64,000 nt of DNA from Anaeromyxobacteraceae bacterium (GCA_047602405.1 JASGHJ010000002.1:1280001-1344000), one strand, 5' to 3'. Numbered from the stretch's first letter, positions 33,505-44,939 are shown. Made by a program: numbers and translations. Notes: generated from the letters alone by a model not told the origin.

Positions 33505-34275
33505 ATGGCCACCACACCCCCGCGCGCCCGCCCCACCCTCGCCGCCGCCGCGCTGCTCGCCCTCGCGGCCTGCGCGCACGGCCCCTCGCCGAAGGACCGG
33601 CGCGCCGCCGAGATCCACCACGACCTCGGCGTCGAGGCGCTGCGCGCCGGGCGCAGCCCCCCCGACGCGCTCAAGGAGTTCGACGCCGCCCTCGAGCTCG
33701 ACCCGGCCTTCGCCGACGCGCACCGCGGCCGCGGGCTCGTGCTCGACTTCGGCTTCGGCCGCGCCGACGAGGCCGAGCGCGAGTACCGCCGCGCGATCGA
33801 GCTCAAGACCCCGTACCCGGAGGCCGAGAACGATCTCGGGCAGCTCCTCGCGAAGCGCGGGCGGCACGAGGAGGCCCTGAAGCACCTCGACGCCGCGCTC
33901 GCGGAGATGACCTACCGCGAGCCGTGGATCGCCCGCTGCAACAAGGGCCAGGTGCTCTGGCAGATGGGCCGCAAGACCGAGGGCATCGCCGAGCAGCGGG
34001 CCTGCCTCACCCTCGCGCCGCGGTTCTGCAAGGGCCGGCGGGAGCTCGGGCGCATCCTGCTCGAGGACCGGCGCGTCGCCGAGGCGATCGAGGAGCTGTC
34101 GGCCTACGCCCGCACCTGCGACAGGACGCCGGACGCGCACCTCCAGCTCGGGCTCGCGCGCGTGAAGCAGGGCGACCTCGCGGGCGCGCGGGAGGCGCTG
34201 CAGCGCTGCGTCGAGCTCGGCGCGAACAGCGTCGAGGGCGACGAGTGCAAGAAGACGCTGGAGCTCCTCCGGTGA
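33505..34275 (+). CDS. tgl: TPR lipoprotein, type IV pilus secretin pilotin (Tgl/PilF-like)
   Basis: Lipobox LAAC, TPR repeats (EAENDLG), paired Cys as in myxobacterial Tgl, followed by a RodZ-like HTH gene. Confidence 0.78.
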   Translation: MATTPPRARPTLAAAALLALAACAHGPSPKDRRAAEIHHDLGVEALRAGRSPPDALKEFDAALELDPAFADAHRGRGLVLDFGFGRADEAEREYRRAIELKTPYPEAENDLGQLLAKRGRHEEALKHLDAALAEMTYREPWIARCNKGQVLWQMGRKTEGIAEQRACLTLAPRFCKGRRELGRILLEDRRVAEAIEELSAYARTCDRTPDAHLQLGLARVKQGDLAGAREALQRCVELGANSVEGDECKKTLELLR

Positions 34276-34682
34276 GCGAGGGGCGCGGCGGCCCGGACGG
34301 CCGCGCGGGCGGGCCGGAGGGCGAGCTCGCCGAGGCCGATCGCCTGGCGGCGTTCGGCCGCTGGCTCCAGCGGGAGCGGGAGCTCCGCGGGCTCACGCGC
34401 GAGGAGGTCACGCGCGCCACCCGGCTCGCGCCCGGCGTGGTGGAGGCGCTCGAGGGCGGCGACCGCGCCCGCCTGCCTCCCCGCGCCTACGCGGTGGGGT
34501 ACCTGCGCGCGGTGGCCGCGGCCGAGGGGCTCGACGCCGACGAGGTGGTGCTCCGCTGGGAGGAGGCGATCGCCGACACGCCCGCGCCCGAGGGGCGCCC
34601 CGGGACGCCCGTCCGCTGGCTCGTGCTGGGCGCCGTCGCGCTCGTCGCGGCGGGGGCGGCGGCCCTGCTGATGCTCCGCTGA
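34272..34682 (+). CDS. RodZ-like HTH membrane protein
   Basis: FGRWLQRERELRGL...ALEGG...YAVGYLR plus C-terminal TM helix. Confidence 0.8.
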   Translation: MSEGRGGPDGRAGGPEGELAEADRLAAFGRWLQRERELRGLTREEVTRATRLAPGVVEALEGGDRARLPPRAYAVGYLRAVAAAEGLDADEVVLRWEEAIADTPAPEGRPGTPVRWLVLGAVALVAAGAAALLMLR

Positions 34683-34775
34683 CCCGCCCGCGGCGTGCCC
34701 GGGGACGACCTCGAGGGCACGACGCGCACGTCTCCCGCAGGCGCGGACCGTCGGTCGGGGTAACATGGCCCCTGC

Positions 34776-35387
34776 GTGAGCTCCCCCCGGCCACCCCTGC
34801 CGCGCGTCGACGCCTACCTCGCGGGCCTGCCCGACGGGTTCGCCTCGCACCCGGGCTGCCTCGCGAAGGGAGCGGTCGTCCGGAACGCCTACGAGGACGT
34901 GCCGGACCACGCCGCGCTCGCCGACGCGCTGCCGCCCGAGCTCGCCCCGCTCGTGCGCGAGCCGCCGCTCGCCGGGGAGTGGGTCCCCGAGGTCCAGCTC
35001 GTGGCGCTCGTCCACGGGGTCGCCGACGTCCTCGGGCTCGACGACGCGGCCGCGGCCGCCCGGATCCGGGCCCGCAACCGCGTCCTCTTCGACAGCCCCA
35101 CCTACCGCATCCTCATGGCGGTCTTCTCGCCGGCGACGCTCGTGCGCTTCTCCGGGAAGCGCTGGAACAACTTCCACCGCGGCAGCGCGCTCGACGTCTC
35201 CGGGGTCTCCGACGACGGCGTGCGGTTCACGCTCAGCTTCCCGGCCGCGCTCTTCGACGCGCGCGTCCTCGCGCTGTACGCGCAGGCCTTCGCCGCGGCC
35301 CTCGAGCTCTCCGGCGCGAGGTCGCCGGACGTGCTCGTCGAGGAGGCCGGGCCCACCCGCTGCCGGTACCGGGCGGTCTGGGGCTGA
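34776..35387 (+). CDS. Hypothetical protein, DUF2378-like (myxobacterial)
   Basis: EWVP, WNNFHRG and C-terminal YRAVW pattern. Family assignment tentative. Confidence 0.6.
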   Translation: MSSPRPPLPRVDAYLAGLPDGFASHPGCLAKGAVVRNAYEDVPDHAALADALPPELAPLVREPPLAGEWVPEVQLVALVHGVADVLGLDDAAAAARIRARNRVLFDSPTYRILMAVFSPATLVRFSGKRWNNFHRGSALDVSGVSDDGVRFTLSFPAALFDARVLALYAQAFAAALELSGARSPDVLVEEAGPTRCRYRAVWG

Positions 35388-35441
35388 GCGCCGGTGCTGG
35401 CGCCGGTGGCGCGCCGGGCCGGGCTCCGCTACGGTCCCCGG

Positions 35442-36240
35442 GTGACCGTCCGCTCGAGCCTCACCGCCATCGTCCTGCGCACCGTCGACTACGGCGAGTC
35501 GGACCGGGTGGTGACGCTCTTCACGCGGGAGCGGGGCAAGGTGGCCGCCTTCGCGCGGGGCGCCCGGGCCTCGAGGCGCCGCTTCGGCGGCGGGCTCGAG
35601 CCGTTCACGCTGCTCTCCGCCGAGGTGCGCGAGCGCGCCGGCTCCGACATGCTCGGGCTCGACTCGGTCGCGGTGCAGCGCGGGTTCGGCGGCATCCGCG
35701 GCGACCTCGCGCGGATCGCGTGCGCCGGCTACGCGGCGGAGCTCGCGCGGGAGCTCGTGCGCGACCACGAGCCTCACGACGATCTCCTGGACGCTCCTCG
35801 CCGGCTACCTCGCCGCCCTCGACGCCGCGCCCGCGACGCCCGGCGCGCTCCGCGCGTTCGAGCTCGGCGCGCTCGCGGCGGCCGGGCTCGCCCCGCGCCT
35901 CGACGCCTGCGCGCGCTGCGGCGGGCCGCTCGGCGAGGCCGGCGAGGCCGGCCCGATCCCGCCGGGCCGGGCGCGCCGGTTCGATCCGGCGCAGGGTGGG
36001 GTGCTGTGCCCGGCCTGCGGGCCCGCCGCGGGGCCGGGGAGCGTCGACCTCACCGCGCCCGGGCTCGCCGCGCTCGTCCGGCTCTCCGACGGCGGGCTCG
36101 CCGCGGGCGCGGCGCCGCTCGCGCCCGTCGAGGCGCGCGAGCTGAAGGAGGCGCTGACCCGCTTCGTCGAGCACCACCTCGGCCGGCGCCTCAAGGCCCG
36201 GGGCTTCCTCGACGAGGTCGGCCCGGTGCTGGGAGGATAG
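35442..36240 (+). CDS. recO: DNA repair protein RecO (apparent +1 frameshift near 35787)
   Basis: AIVLRTVDYGESDRVVTLFT...ARGAR.SRRRFGG. Second frame has CARCG and LCPAC zinc motifs and HLGRRLKARGFL. Confidence 0.9.
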
Positions 36241-36243
36241 GGC

Positions 36244-37200
36244 GTGGGCGGCGCGCGCGACCTCGACGTCGTCTGCCTGGGCGAGGCGCTCGTCGACTTC
36301 CTGCCCGATCGCCCGGGCGCGCTCCCGGACGTGGAGGCGTTCCGGCCCTGCGCGGGCGGGGCCCCCGCGAACGTCGCCACCGGCCTCGCGCGCCTCGGCC
36401 GCCGCGTCGCGTTCACCGGGGTGGTCGGCGACGATCCCCTCGGGCGGTTCCTCGCGCGGCGCCTCGCCGACGAGGGCGTCGAGCCGGTCCTCCGGTTCTC
36501 GCGCGAGCGTCCGACCGGCGTGTGGTTCGTCGCGCTCGAGCCCGGCGGCGAGCGCAGCTTCTTCTCGCCGAACGCGCGGTTCTCCGCGGACAAGCTCTTC
36601 GCGCCGCCGGACGTGGCCCCCGCGCTCCTCGCGCGCGCGGCCTGGCTGCACGTGGGCTCGTCCGCCCACGTCCTCCCCGCCGGCCGGGAGGCGCTCCGGG
36701 CCGCGGTGGCCGCGGCGCGCGCGGCGGGCACGCGCGTCTCGTTCGACCCGAACGTGCGCGCGCACCTCTGGGACGATCTCGAGGACTGCCGCCGGCTCTG
36801 CGCGGCGGTGATCCCGTCGTGCGACCTCGTGAAGCTCTCCGAGGAGGAGGCGCCGCTCTGCACCGGCGAGCACGAGCCGGAGCGCGCGGCGGCCCGCCTC
36901 GTGGAGCTCGGCGTCGGGCTCGCGTGCGTGACCCTCGGCGCGCGGGGCGCGCTCTTGCGGCGGGGGGACCTCGTCGTGCGCGTCCCGGCCGCGCCCGCGG
37001 ACGTCGTCGACACGACGGGCGCGGGCGACGCCTGGGTGGCGGGCGTGCTCGCGTCGCTCGCGACCGCCGAACCCCTCGAGGCGCTCGGGGCGCCGGCGCT
37101 CGCGGCGGCGGGGGCGCTCGGGGCGCGGGTCGCGGCGCGGGTGGTGGCGCAGCCGGGCGCGGTCGCAGGGCTGCCGCGGATCGGGGAGATTTCCGTTTGA
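36244..37200 (+). CDS. PfkB family carbohydrate kinase
   Basis: GEALVDF, GGAPANVA, FDPNVR, DTTGAGDA. Confidence 0.93.
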   Translation: MGGARDLDVVCLGEALVDFLPDRPGALPDVEAFRPCAGGAPANVATGLARLGRRVAFTGVVGDDPLGRFLARRLADEGVEPVLRFSRERPTGVWFVALEPGGERSFFSPNARFSADKLFAPPDVAPALLARAAWLHVGSSAHVLPAGREALRAAVAAARAAGTRVSFDPNVRAHLWDDLEDCRRLCAAVIPSCDLVKLSEEEAPLCTGEHEPERAAARLVELGVGLACVTLGARGALLRRGDLVVRVPAAPADVVDTTGAGDAWVAGVLASLATAEPLEALGAPALAAAGALGARVAARVVAQPGAVAGLPRIGEISV

Positions 37201-37361
37201 CAGCGGGGGGTTGGGCGACCTACCGTCGCCGGTCCTCGCGGTGCCCCGAACCCCGGGCCGCGCGCGGGCGGAACAGTCCGCGCGCACGCGCGTTCAACGA
37301 GTCCGAGCGGAGGACCTCGACCTTGACCACCAGCGACGCCGACGGCTACGGTGCGCGCCCC

Positions 37362-38687
37362 ATGCCGGCCCGTCCCCTTGGCCTCCTGGTCCTCGCGGCG
37401 CTCGCCGCGACGGCCTGCACCCCCGTCGAGCGTCCTCCGGGTCCTCTCGACAGGTTCACGTTCCCGACGGGCCTCGCGCTCGCGAACGACCGCCTCCTCG
37501 TGGTGTCGTCGAACTACGACCTCACCTACGAGGACGACAAGGGCGGCTCGGTGCTCGCGGTCGACCCGTCCGCCTCGGAGCGGCAGGACGGCACGGTCGG
37601 CGGCCCGCCCCGCGTGACGAGCGCGGTGCGGATCCCGAGCTTCGGCGGGGAGGTCCGCGTCGCGGGCGCGAGCGCGTGCGGGCTCGCGCGGGACGAGGCG
37701 CTCGTCCCGAACCGGCTCACCGGCGAGCTCCTGCGCCTCGGGTTCGGCGCCGACGGCGCCCTCAGCTGCGGCGCCGACTGCCACATCCCGCTCGCCGGGA
37801 CGGGGGAAGGGGATCCCTACTCCGTGGAGGTCGTGTGCCGGCCCGGGAAGCCCTTCGCGTACGTGGGCTGGCTGCGCTCCCGGAAGGGCACGCAGTGCCC
37901 GAACGGCATCTCGAGCACCACCTGCGCGGTCCTGAGCGAGGTGCCGCTCGACGGCTCCGACGCCCCGGCCACCGGCAACGTGCTCCTCAACGCGGGCGGC
38001 GTCCGGCGGGTGCGCTACGAGCCGCAGACCGGGCTGCTCTTCTTCGCCACCACCGGCTCCGACCTCGGCTGGCTGGACCTCTCCGGCGGGTGCAGCGTCG
38101 CGTCCTCCGACCACCCGTGCCCGACGCAGTCGATCGACCTCTCGACCTCCGTGCGCGGCCTGCAGCTCAGGTCGGTGGGCTTCTCCTCGCCCGGCCTCCC
38201 GCTGCGCGTGTTCGTCACCGGGAAGCTCTACGACCCCTCGCTCCTCGCCGCGGGCGTGGAGTTCGACGTGGGCGGCGTGCTCCTCGTCCTCGGCTTCGAG
38301 CCGTCGGCGTTCGGCGGCTACAACGTCACGGTGCAGCGCACGATCCCGATCGGCACCGACGCCGCCGAGGTGGCGGTGATCCCGCGCGCGGGGCAGCGCG
38401 ACCTCGTCGTCGTGAGCGCCACCGCGGACGGCGAGCTCTGGTTCTGGGACGACGAGCTCGGCACGATCTCGGGCGTCGTCGCCCGGACGGCGCTCGGCAC
38501 GTCCGAGGTCGGCGCCCAGCCGTACGGCCTCGCCTTCGTCGACCGCAAGGCCGGCGCGCTCCCGGTCCGGCTCTACGTGGGCAGCTTCGGGGACGGCGTC
38601 GTCTCCGTGGTCGACCTGAACCCGCTCGCCCCCGACCCGCTGGCCCAGACGCCCGGCGTGGTGATCCGCGGGCGCATCGGAGAATGA
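37362..38687 (+). CDS. Hypothetical lipoprotein (probable beta-propeller)
   Basis: Lipobox ATAC. Motifs FPTGLAL, PYGLAF, LYVGSFG..VSVVDL. Cys pairs. Confidence 0.75.
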   Translation: MPARPLGLLVLAALAATACTPVERPPGPLDRFTFPTGLALANDRLLVVSSNYDLTYEDDKGGSVLAVDPSASERQDGTVGGPPRVTSAVRIPSFGGEVRVAGASACGLARDEALVPNRLTGELLRLGFGADGALSCGADCHIPLAGTGEGDPYSVEVVCRPGKPFAYVGWLRSRKGTQCPNGISSTTCAVLSEVPLDGSDAPATGNVLLNAGGVRRVRYEPQTGLLFFATTGSDLGWLDLSGGCSVASSDHPCPTQSIDLSTSVRGLQLRSVGFSSPGLPLRVFVTGKLYDPSLLAAGVEFDVGGVLLVLGFEPSAFGGYNVTVQRTIPIGTDAAEVAVIPRAGQRDLVVVSATADGELWFWDDELGTISGVVARTALGTSEVGAQPYGLAFVDRKAGALPVRLYVGSFGDGVVSVVDLNPLAPDPLAQTPGVVIRGRIGE

Positions 38688-41300
38688 CCTTGCGGACCCG
38701 CTCCCTCCTTCGCGGCCTCGCCGCCGCGAGCCTCGCCGCGGCGCTCGCCGCCTGCGGCAGCACCTCGCTCAAGTCCTCGGTGGGCTTCGCCCGGCCCACG
38801 GCCGTGGCCGTGTTCTTCGGCGTCACCTCCAAGAACGCGGACGTCCACCCGTACGCGGCGATCGCGAACGGCGCCCGCGACGACCTGACGCTCATCGACG
38901 CCCTCGACGACCGGCCGGTGGTCTCGCCGGTGCTCGTCCGGGCGCTCGCCGTCCCGACGCGCTCGCGCCCGTCGACGCTGGTCGCCGGATCGCTCGCCGA
39001 CGGCGACCCGGCCGACCTCAAGTCCGGGCACAAGCCCGACCTCCTCGCGGTGATCCCGGCCGGCTCCTCGATCGTCCAGGTCGTGAGGACCTGGAGCGCC
39101 GACACCCGGACGGTCGACGCGCTCGAGGTCGACCTCTCGACGGCCGCGCCGGGCGCGGAGATCCTGAGCGCCGTGGCCGTCCCGGTGCCGCTCGCGGGCT
39201 CGGGGAATCCGACCCCCGGCAAGGTCTGGCTCGTGCTCGGCCTCACCGGCGGGCGCGTCGCGGTGCTCGAGTACGTGCGCGACCCGGGCGACGCCGCCGG
39301 CCTCGCCATCGCGCTCGGCGCCGCCCCGGTCGTGCAGGCGGTGGGGTTCGACGCGGTCTCGCTCGCGCCGGCCCCGGGCGACGCGCGGCTGCTCTACGCG
39401 GCGACGCCGGACGACCTGCCGGCCGGCAGCGGGAACCACGGCGTCGTCGAGCTCGAGCTGTCGGCGGGCGCCGGGGCCTTCGCGGCCGCGCTCCTGCCGA
39501 CGCGCGCCCCCACGCGGCTCGTGGCGGCGGTGCGCACGACCGAGCGGGTCTGGGCCGACAACGACGCCGACGCCCTCGACGCCCCGCCGGCGCTGCGCGT
39601 GTTCGCCGCCCTCGACAACGCCGGCTGCGGCCCGGAGAAGGCCATCGACTGCGGCGTGGTGACGGTGGACCCGTCCGCCGGCGTCCGGGGCATCGCGCCG
39701 GACCCGATGGGCGAGCTCCCGTACCAGCCGCCGATCCGGCTCCCGGCGGAGCCGATCGCCATGCTGGCGGCCATCCCGCCCTCGACGGAGCCCACGGGCC
39801 TCCTCGACGGGTACTTCAACATCCAGACCGGCCTCGGCACGCGCGAGACGACGGGCGCGATCGGGGTCGCCTGCGCCGACGGGCGCCTGTACACGATCGA
39901 CGCCGCCCGGCGCACGGTCCACAACGACCAGTCGATGCTGCGCGACCTCAGCGGGACCACGCAGACGCGCGTGCGCGCCGACTCGGTCGAGTTCTTCGCC
40001 GTGACCGACCCGCCGCCGAAGATGCCCGACGGCAAGACCGACAAGACGCAGGGCGTGCAGGTGGCCGTCTGCACCTTCATCACGACCACGACCGGCAGCG
40101 GCAGCGAGACGCATCCCGAGTGCAAGCTCGTCAACACCTCCGAAGCCGAGGGGGGCATCCAGGTCACCCCGGGCTACACGCGCGACGACCAGTTCAACCT
40201 GGCCTACCAGGCGGTGCTCACCGGGCTCGCCGGGCGCGCGGTCGATTCTCGGGTCCTCCTCGGGCGTCCTCACCGTCGCCTACCAGGAGCGGAACGGCAC
40301 GGCCATCGCCAACGTGGGGCGGGTGTACGACCCCGCGCTCGGCGTGCACGTGGGCGACAGCCTCCAGCTCGCGGTGAACGGCAAGCTCGAGGCGTGCGAC
40401 GTCCTCGACAACACGGCCTCGAAGAACACCGACGAGTCCGAGGCCGACGTGCACGAGTACACGATCACCGGGATCGCGCCGCCCGACGCCACCGCGCCCG
40501 GAGGCAAGCTCGAGCTCGCCGACGACGGGGGCGCCTGCTACGCGGCGCTCGCCGCGCAGCGGCCCGGCGGCGTCACGGGCACGATCCGGGCCGCGGGCTG
40601 GCTGATCAAGGGCACGCTGCTCGGCTACGTCGGGCGGCCCCAGGTGACGACCAGCGCGGACGGCAAGGACCTGTTCGCGCACGCCCGGCTCGCCTGGGAG
40701 GACGAGAGCGCGCTCTCCTGTCCGCTGTCGCCGTGGCCGGCGAACCCGGCGGCGGTGAGCTGCGACGCGGCCTGCCGCGACCGCTGCGAGCGGCTCTCGA
40801 TCGCGCGGAAGGTCCGCCGCTGGTACACGGTGCCGGACTCCTGCGACAACGCGGACGCCACGAACTCGCAGGACTCGGGGTGCACGTCCCGCTGGGGCGG
40901 CCCGACGATCGTCCCCGGCTTCGGCACGGGGCCCTCGTTCCCGACCGCGACCGAGGGGCCGGCCACCACCTTGCCGCCGAACGCCTTCGGGCCGTTCTTC
41001 GACTTCTGGTTCACCGTCCGGCAGCGCAACGTCTCGCCGGCCGGCGCGGTGACCATCGACTACCCGACGCTGCCCCTCAACCGCGACACGGGCATGAACT
41101 TCAAGACGCACTCGGGCCACAGCCCCACGGTGCGGTACCCGCTCACGGGCTCCATCGTGATGCCCACCGGGCTGGCCGCGTTCGATCGCAGCCCGTGGGA
41201 CCCGACGGCGACGTACCGGTTCTGGGTGTCCTACACCGGCGACTTCGCCCTCGACTTCTCGCCGGGCCTGCTCCTCAACTCGCCGGTCACCATCCGCTGA
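38684..41300 (+). CDS. Large hypothetical lipoprotein (apparent +1 frameshift near 40246)
   Basis: ATGA coupling to previous gene, lipobox LAAC. Continues in ORF 40314..41300. Length 2617 = 3n+1. Confidence 0.75.
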
Positions 41301-41390
41301 CCCCGCGCGCGTCGACGCGCCCGCGCCTGCTCTGGTAGCCTGATGGCCGTCGCCCGCGCGCACCCGCGCGCGGGGGCAGGGAGGTCACGG

Positions 41391-41954
41391 GTGAAGTCAG
41401 CGCGCACCGTCCAGATCGCCGATCACCTGTGGGCGGCGCTCGACCGCATGGCGGAGGAGATGGGCTCCGACCGCGAGGCGCTGCTCAACCAGGCCATCCA
41501 CGTCCTCGCCCGCCTGAACGGCTACGTGGTGCCCGGGCCCGCCTTCCGGGAGATCCCGACCGGCCCGCACCCCACCGAGCCGGAGCGCAGGGCCGTCGCC
41601 GAGCAGGTGCTCGAGACCGCCGCGCGCCTCGAGCGCGCCATGCAGGCGCCCCCGCCCGTGCCGGTCACCGGCACGGCCTCGCTCGTCGTCGTGCGCGAGG
41701 ACGGGACCGAGGAGCTGGTCTCGAAGGAGCGCTTCGTCATCGGCCGCGGACGGCACTGCGATCTCGTGGTCGACAGCGGCAAGGTGTCGCGCGAGCACGC
41801 GGTGCTCGTGCGGGAGAACGGCGGCTGGTTCATCGAGGACCTCGGCTCCTCGAACGGCACCTGGTTCAGGAAGGAGCGGATCCAGCGGCGCCGCATCGAG
41901 GACGGGGACGAGTACTTCGTCTGCTCCGAGAAGCTGCGCTGCCAGCTCCGGTAG
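41391..41954 (+). CDS. FHA-domain protein with N-terminal ribbon-helix-helix-like segment
   Basis: IGRG...VSREHA...EDLGSSNGTW. N-terminus RTVQIADHLWAALDRMA. Confidence 0.88.
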   Translation: MKSARTVQIADHLWAALDRMAEEMGSDREALLNQAIHVLARLNGYVVPGPAFREIPTGPHPTEPERRAVAEQVLETAARLERAMQAPPPVPVTGTASLVVVREDGTEELVSKERFVIGRGRHCDLVVDSGKVSREHAVLVRENGGWFIEDLGSSNGTWFRKERIQRRRIEDGDEYFVCSEKLRCQLR

Positions 41955-42026
41955 CCCCGCGGCTCGACCGAGGCGGTCCCGTTTTTCGCTGCCCGGCGTC
42001 GGGGGGCGGGGATAAGGTCCCCGCCG

Positions 42027-44726
42027 ATGCCGACCCTCACGCTCATCGACGGCTCGGGCTTCGTCTACCGGGCGTTCCACGCCTTGCCCGGGCTCACCAC
42101 GACGAAGGGCCTCCACACCAACGCCGTCTACGGCTTCACGACGATGCTGCTGAAGGCGCTGCGCGAGCACGCGCCCACGCACGCCGTGCTGGTGCTCGAC
42201 GCCGGCCGCCGGAGCTTCCGCAACGACATCGACCCCACCTACAAGGCGAACCGCCCCGAGGCGCCGGACGAGCTGCGCGAGCAGTTCCCGCTCGTGCGCG
42301 ACGTGGCGCGGGCGCTCGCCGTGCCGCTCCTCGAGGAGCCCGGCTTCGAGGCGGACGACATCATCGGCACGCTCGCCTGCAGGGGGCGGGAGGCCGGGTT
42401 CGACGTGGTGGTCGTCACCGGCGACAAGGACTTCGCGCAGCTCGTCGACGGCAAGGTCTCGCTCTACGACCCGATGGCCGAGGCGAGCGGGCGCGGCGGC
42501 TGGACGGGGCCGGCGGAGGTGGAGAAGAAGCTCGGCATCCGCCCGGATCAGGTGGTCGAGTACATGGCGATCCTCGGGGACAAGATCGACAACGTCCCCG
42601 GCATCCCCGGCATCGGCGAGGTCACCGCGGCCGCCCTCGTGAAGCACTTCGGGACGGTCGAGGAGATGTTGAAGTGCCCGGAGGAGATCCCGGCGGCGGT
42701 GGCGCGCGGCGGCGAGAAGGTGAAGGCCAAGATCGTCGACAACGCCGGGCGCATCCGCACGAACCGCGCGCTCGTCACCATCAAGTGCGACCTCGAGGTG
42801 CCGTGGGATCCGGCCGCGTTCGCGCGGCGGGCGCCCGATGACGGAAGAGTCCGTGCGCTCTTCACCGAGCTCGAGTTCTCCCGGCTCCTCAAGGACCTGC
42901 CGGCGCCGCCGCCCGCGCCGCGCGCCGAGAAGGCGGAGCTCGTGCTCGACGCCGCCGCGCTCGAGGGCATGGCCGCCGCGCTCGCGGCCGCCCCGGACCT
43001 GGGCGTCCTGCCGGTGCTCGCCGGCGACGCGCCGCGCACCGAGCCGCTGGTCGGCCTCGGGCTCGCGGGCGGGGGCCGCGCCTTCTACGTGCCGCTCTCG
43101 CACCGCTACCTCGGCGCCCCCGCGCAGCCGAAGGCGGACGCCGTCGCGGCCGCGCTCCGGCCGGTGCTCGCCGGGGCGAGGCCGGTGCACGCCCACGGCC
43201 GCAAGGCCGCGCTGCACGCGCTCGCGGGCATGGGCCTCGCCCTGCCGGACGCGGGGCTCGACACCGAGCTCGCGAGCCGGCTCCTCCTGCCGACGCGCCG
43301 GGAGCACGCGCTCGCCGACGTGGCGCGGGAGCGGCTCGGGAACGAGCTGCCGCGCGACCCGAGCGGCTCCGACGCCAACCGGAAGTCGGAGCGGATGGCG
43401 CCGGACGGGATCGAGGTCGAGCGCACCGGCGCCTGGGCCGCGGCGAGCGCCGCCGCGATCGTGGAGCTCGCCGGGGCGCTCGGCCGCGCGCTCGACGAGG
43501 AGGGGGTGGGGCCGCTCTACCGCGACGTCGAGGCGCCGCTCGTCCCGGTGCTCTTCGACATGGAGCGCACCGGGGTGCTCGTCGACCGCTCCGCGATGGC
43601 CGGCATGAGCGAGGAGTTCGGCGCCTCGATGGCGGACCTCGAGACCCGCATCCACGGGCTGGCCGGCCACCCCTTCAACATCGCCTCCACCCGGGAGCTC
43701 GCGCAGGTGCTCTTCGTGGAGCTCGCGCTGCCGGTGCTGAAGCGGCTCAAGACCGGGCCCTCGACGGACCAGGACGTCCTCGAGAAGCTCGCCGAGCAGC
43801 ACGAGCTGCCGCGGCTCGTGCTCGAGCACCGCGCGCTCTCGAAGCTGAAGGGCACGTACGTCGACGCGCTCCCGCAGCTCGTCGATCCGGCCGACGGCCG
43901 GATCCACACCACCTTCCACCAGGCCGGCGCCGCGACCGGCCGGCTCTCCTCGACCGATCCCAACCTGCAGAACATCCCCGTGCGCACCGAGCTGTCGCGC
44001 CGGATCCGGGCCGCCTTCGTGGCGCCGGAGGGCTGGCGGATCCTCTCCGCGGACTACTCGCAGATCGAGCTGCGCATCCTCGCCCACTACTCCGGCGACC
44101 CCGCGCTCGCCGAGGCGTTCCGGAACCGCGAGGACGTGCACACCCGCACCGCCGCCGAGACCTTCGGCGTGCCGCCCGGCGAGGTGACCGCCGACCAGCG
44201 CCGCATCGCGAAGGTGCTCAACTTCGGCATCGCCTACGGCCTGTCGGCCTTCGGCCTCGCCCAGCGCCTCGATCTCCCCGGCTCGACCGCGCAGGGGATC
44301 ATCGACCGGTACTTCGCGCGCTACGCCGGCGTGAAGCGCTACGTCGAGAAGTCGGTCGAGGACGCCCGCGCCGCCGGCGAGTCGCGCACCCTGTTCGGCC
44401 GCGTCCGCGCCATGCCCGACCTCGCCGCCCGCAACCCCGCCCTGCGCAACGCCGCCGAGCGCACCGCGATCAACACGCCCATCCAGGGCACCGCCGCCGA
44501 CATCGTGAAGGTCGCGATGATCAAGGTCCACCGCGCGCTCCGCGAGGAGCGCCGGGCGGCGCGCCTGCTCCTCTCGGTCCACGACGAGCTCGTGCTCGAG
44601 GTGCCGGAGGGGGAGCTGCCGGTGATCGAGGCGCTCGTGCGGCGCGAGATGGCGGGCGCCGCGGAGCTCAGCGTGCCGCTCGACGTCGAGGTCGGCCACG
44701 GGCGGAGCTGGGCGGAGGCGCACTGA
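42027..44726 (+). CDS. polA: DNA polymerase I
   Basis: LIDGS..YRAFHA, EADD, TGRLSSTDPNLQNIP, DYSQIELRILAH, VHDEL. Confidence 0.98.
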   Translation: MPTLTLIDGSGFVYRAFHALPGLTTTKGLHTNAVYGFTTMLLKALREHAPTHAVLVLDAGRRSFRNDIDPTYKANRPEAPDELREQFPLVRDVARALAVPLLEEPGFEADDIIGTLACRGREAGFDVVVVTGDKDFAQLVDGKVSLYDPMAEASGRGGWTGPAEVEKKLGIRPDQVVEYMAILGDKIDNVPGIPGIGEVTAAALVKHFGTVEEMLKCPEEIPAAVARGGEKVKAKIVDNAGRIRTNRALVTIKCDLEVPWDPAAFARRAPDDGRVRALFTELEFSRLLKDLPAPPPAPRAEKAELVLDAAALEGMAAALAAAPDLGVLPVLAGDAPRTEPLVGLGLAGGGRAFYVPLSHRYLGAPAQPKADAVAAALRPVLAGARPVHAHGRKAALHALAGMGLALPDAGLDTELASRLLLPTRREHALADVARERLGNELPRDPSGSDANRKSERMAPDGIEVERTGAWAAASAAAIVELAGALGRALDEEGVGPLYRDVEAPLVPVLFDMERTGVLVDRSAMAGMSEEFGASMADLETRIHGLAGHPFNIASTRELAQVLFVELALPVLKRLKTGPSTDQDVLEKLAEQHELPRLVLEHRALSKLKGTYVDALPQLVDPADGRIHTTFHQAGAATGRLSSTDPNLQNIPVRTELSRRIRAAFVAPEGWRILSADYSQIELRILAHYSGDPALAEAFRNREDVHTRTAAETFGVPPGEVTADQRRIAKVLNFGIAYGLSAFGLAQRLDLPGSTAQGIIDRYFARYAGVKRYVEKSVEDARAAGESRTLFGRVRAMPDLAARNPALRNAAERTAINTPIQGTAADIVKVAMIKVHRALREERRAARLLLSVHDELVLEVPEGELPVIEALVRREMAGAAELSVPLDVEVGHGRSWAEAH

Positions 44727-44905
44727 GGGGAGGGGGCTGAAGGTGGGGCGGGGGAGGGCGCGCGAGGGCGGCTCCGGGAGCAGCCCACCGAAGCGAGCCG
44801 AGCCGCTCCCGGGAATTCAGGTGGTTGCGCTGCCTGGCGAGCACGGAGCCCTCTCGCGCGGAGGCCGGTCGCGCGAGGCCCGCGCGAGCGGCGAGGGATC
44901 CCGCT

Positions 44906-44939
44906 GTTCACCAACTGTAACTTGATTGGGCGGACGTTG
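44906..44939 (+). repeat. Left inverted repeat GTTCACCAACTGTAACTTGATTGGGCGGACGTTG
   Basis: Inner 20 bp are the exact reverse complement of 46067-46086. Confidence 0.9.

Noticed and set aside
44906..44939. Inverted repeat as a dif/Xer or integron attC site
   Set aside because: No TTATGT(T/A)AA XerD arm and no RYYYAAC/GTTRRRY attC pair. No tyrosine recombinase nearby.
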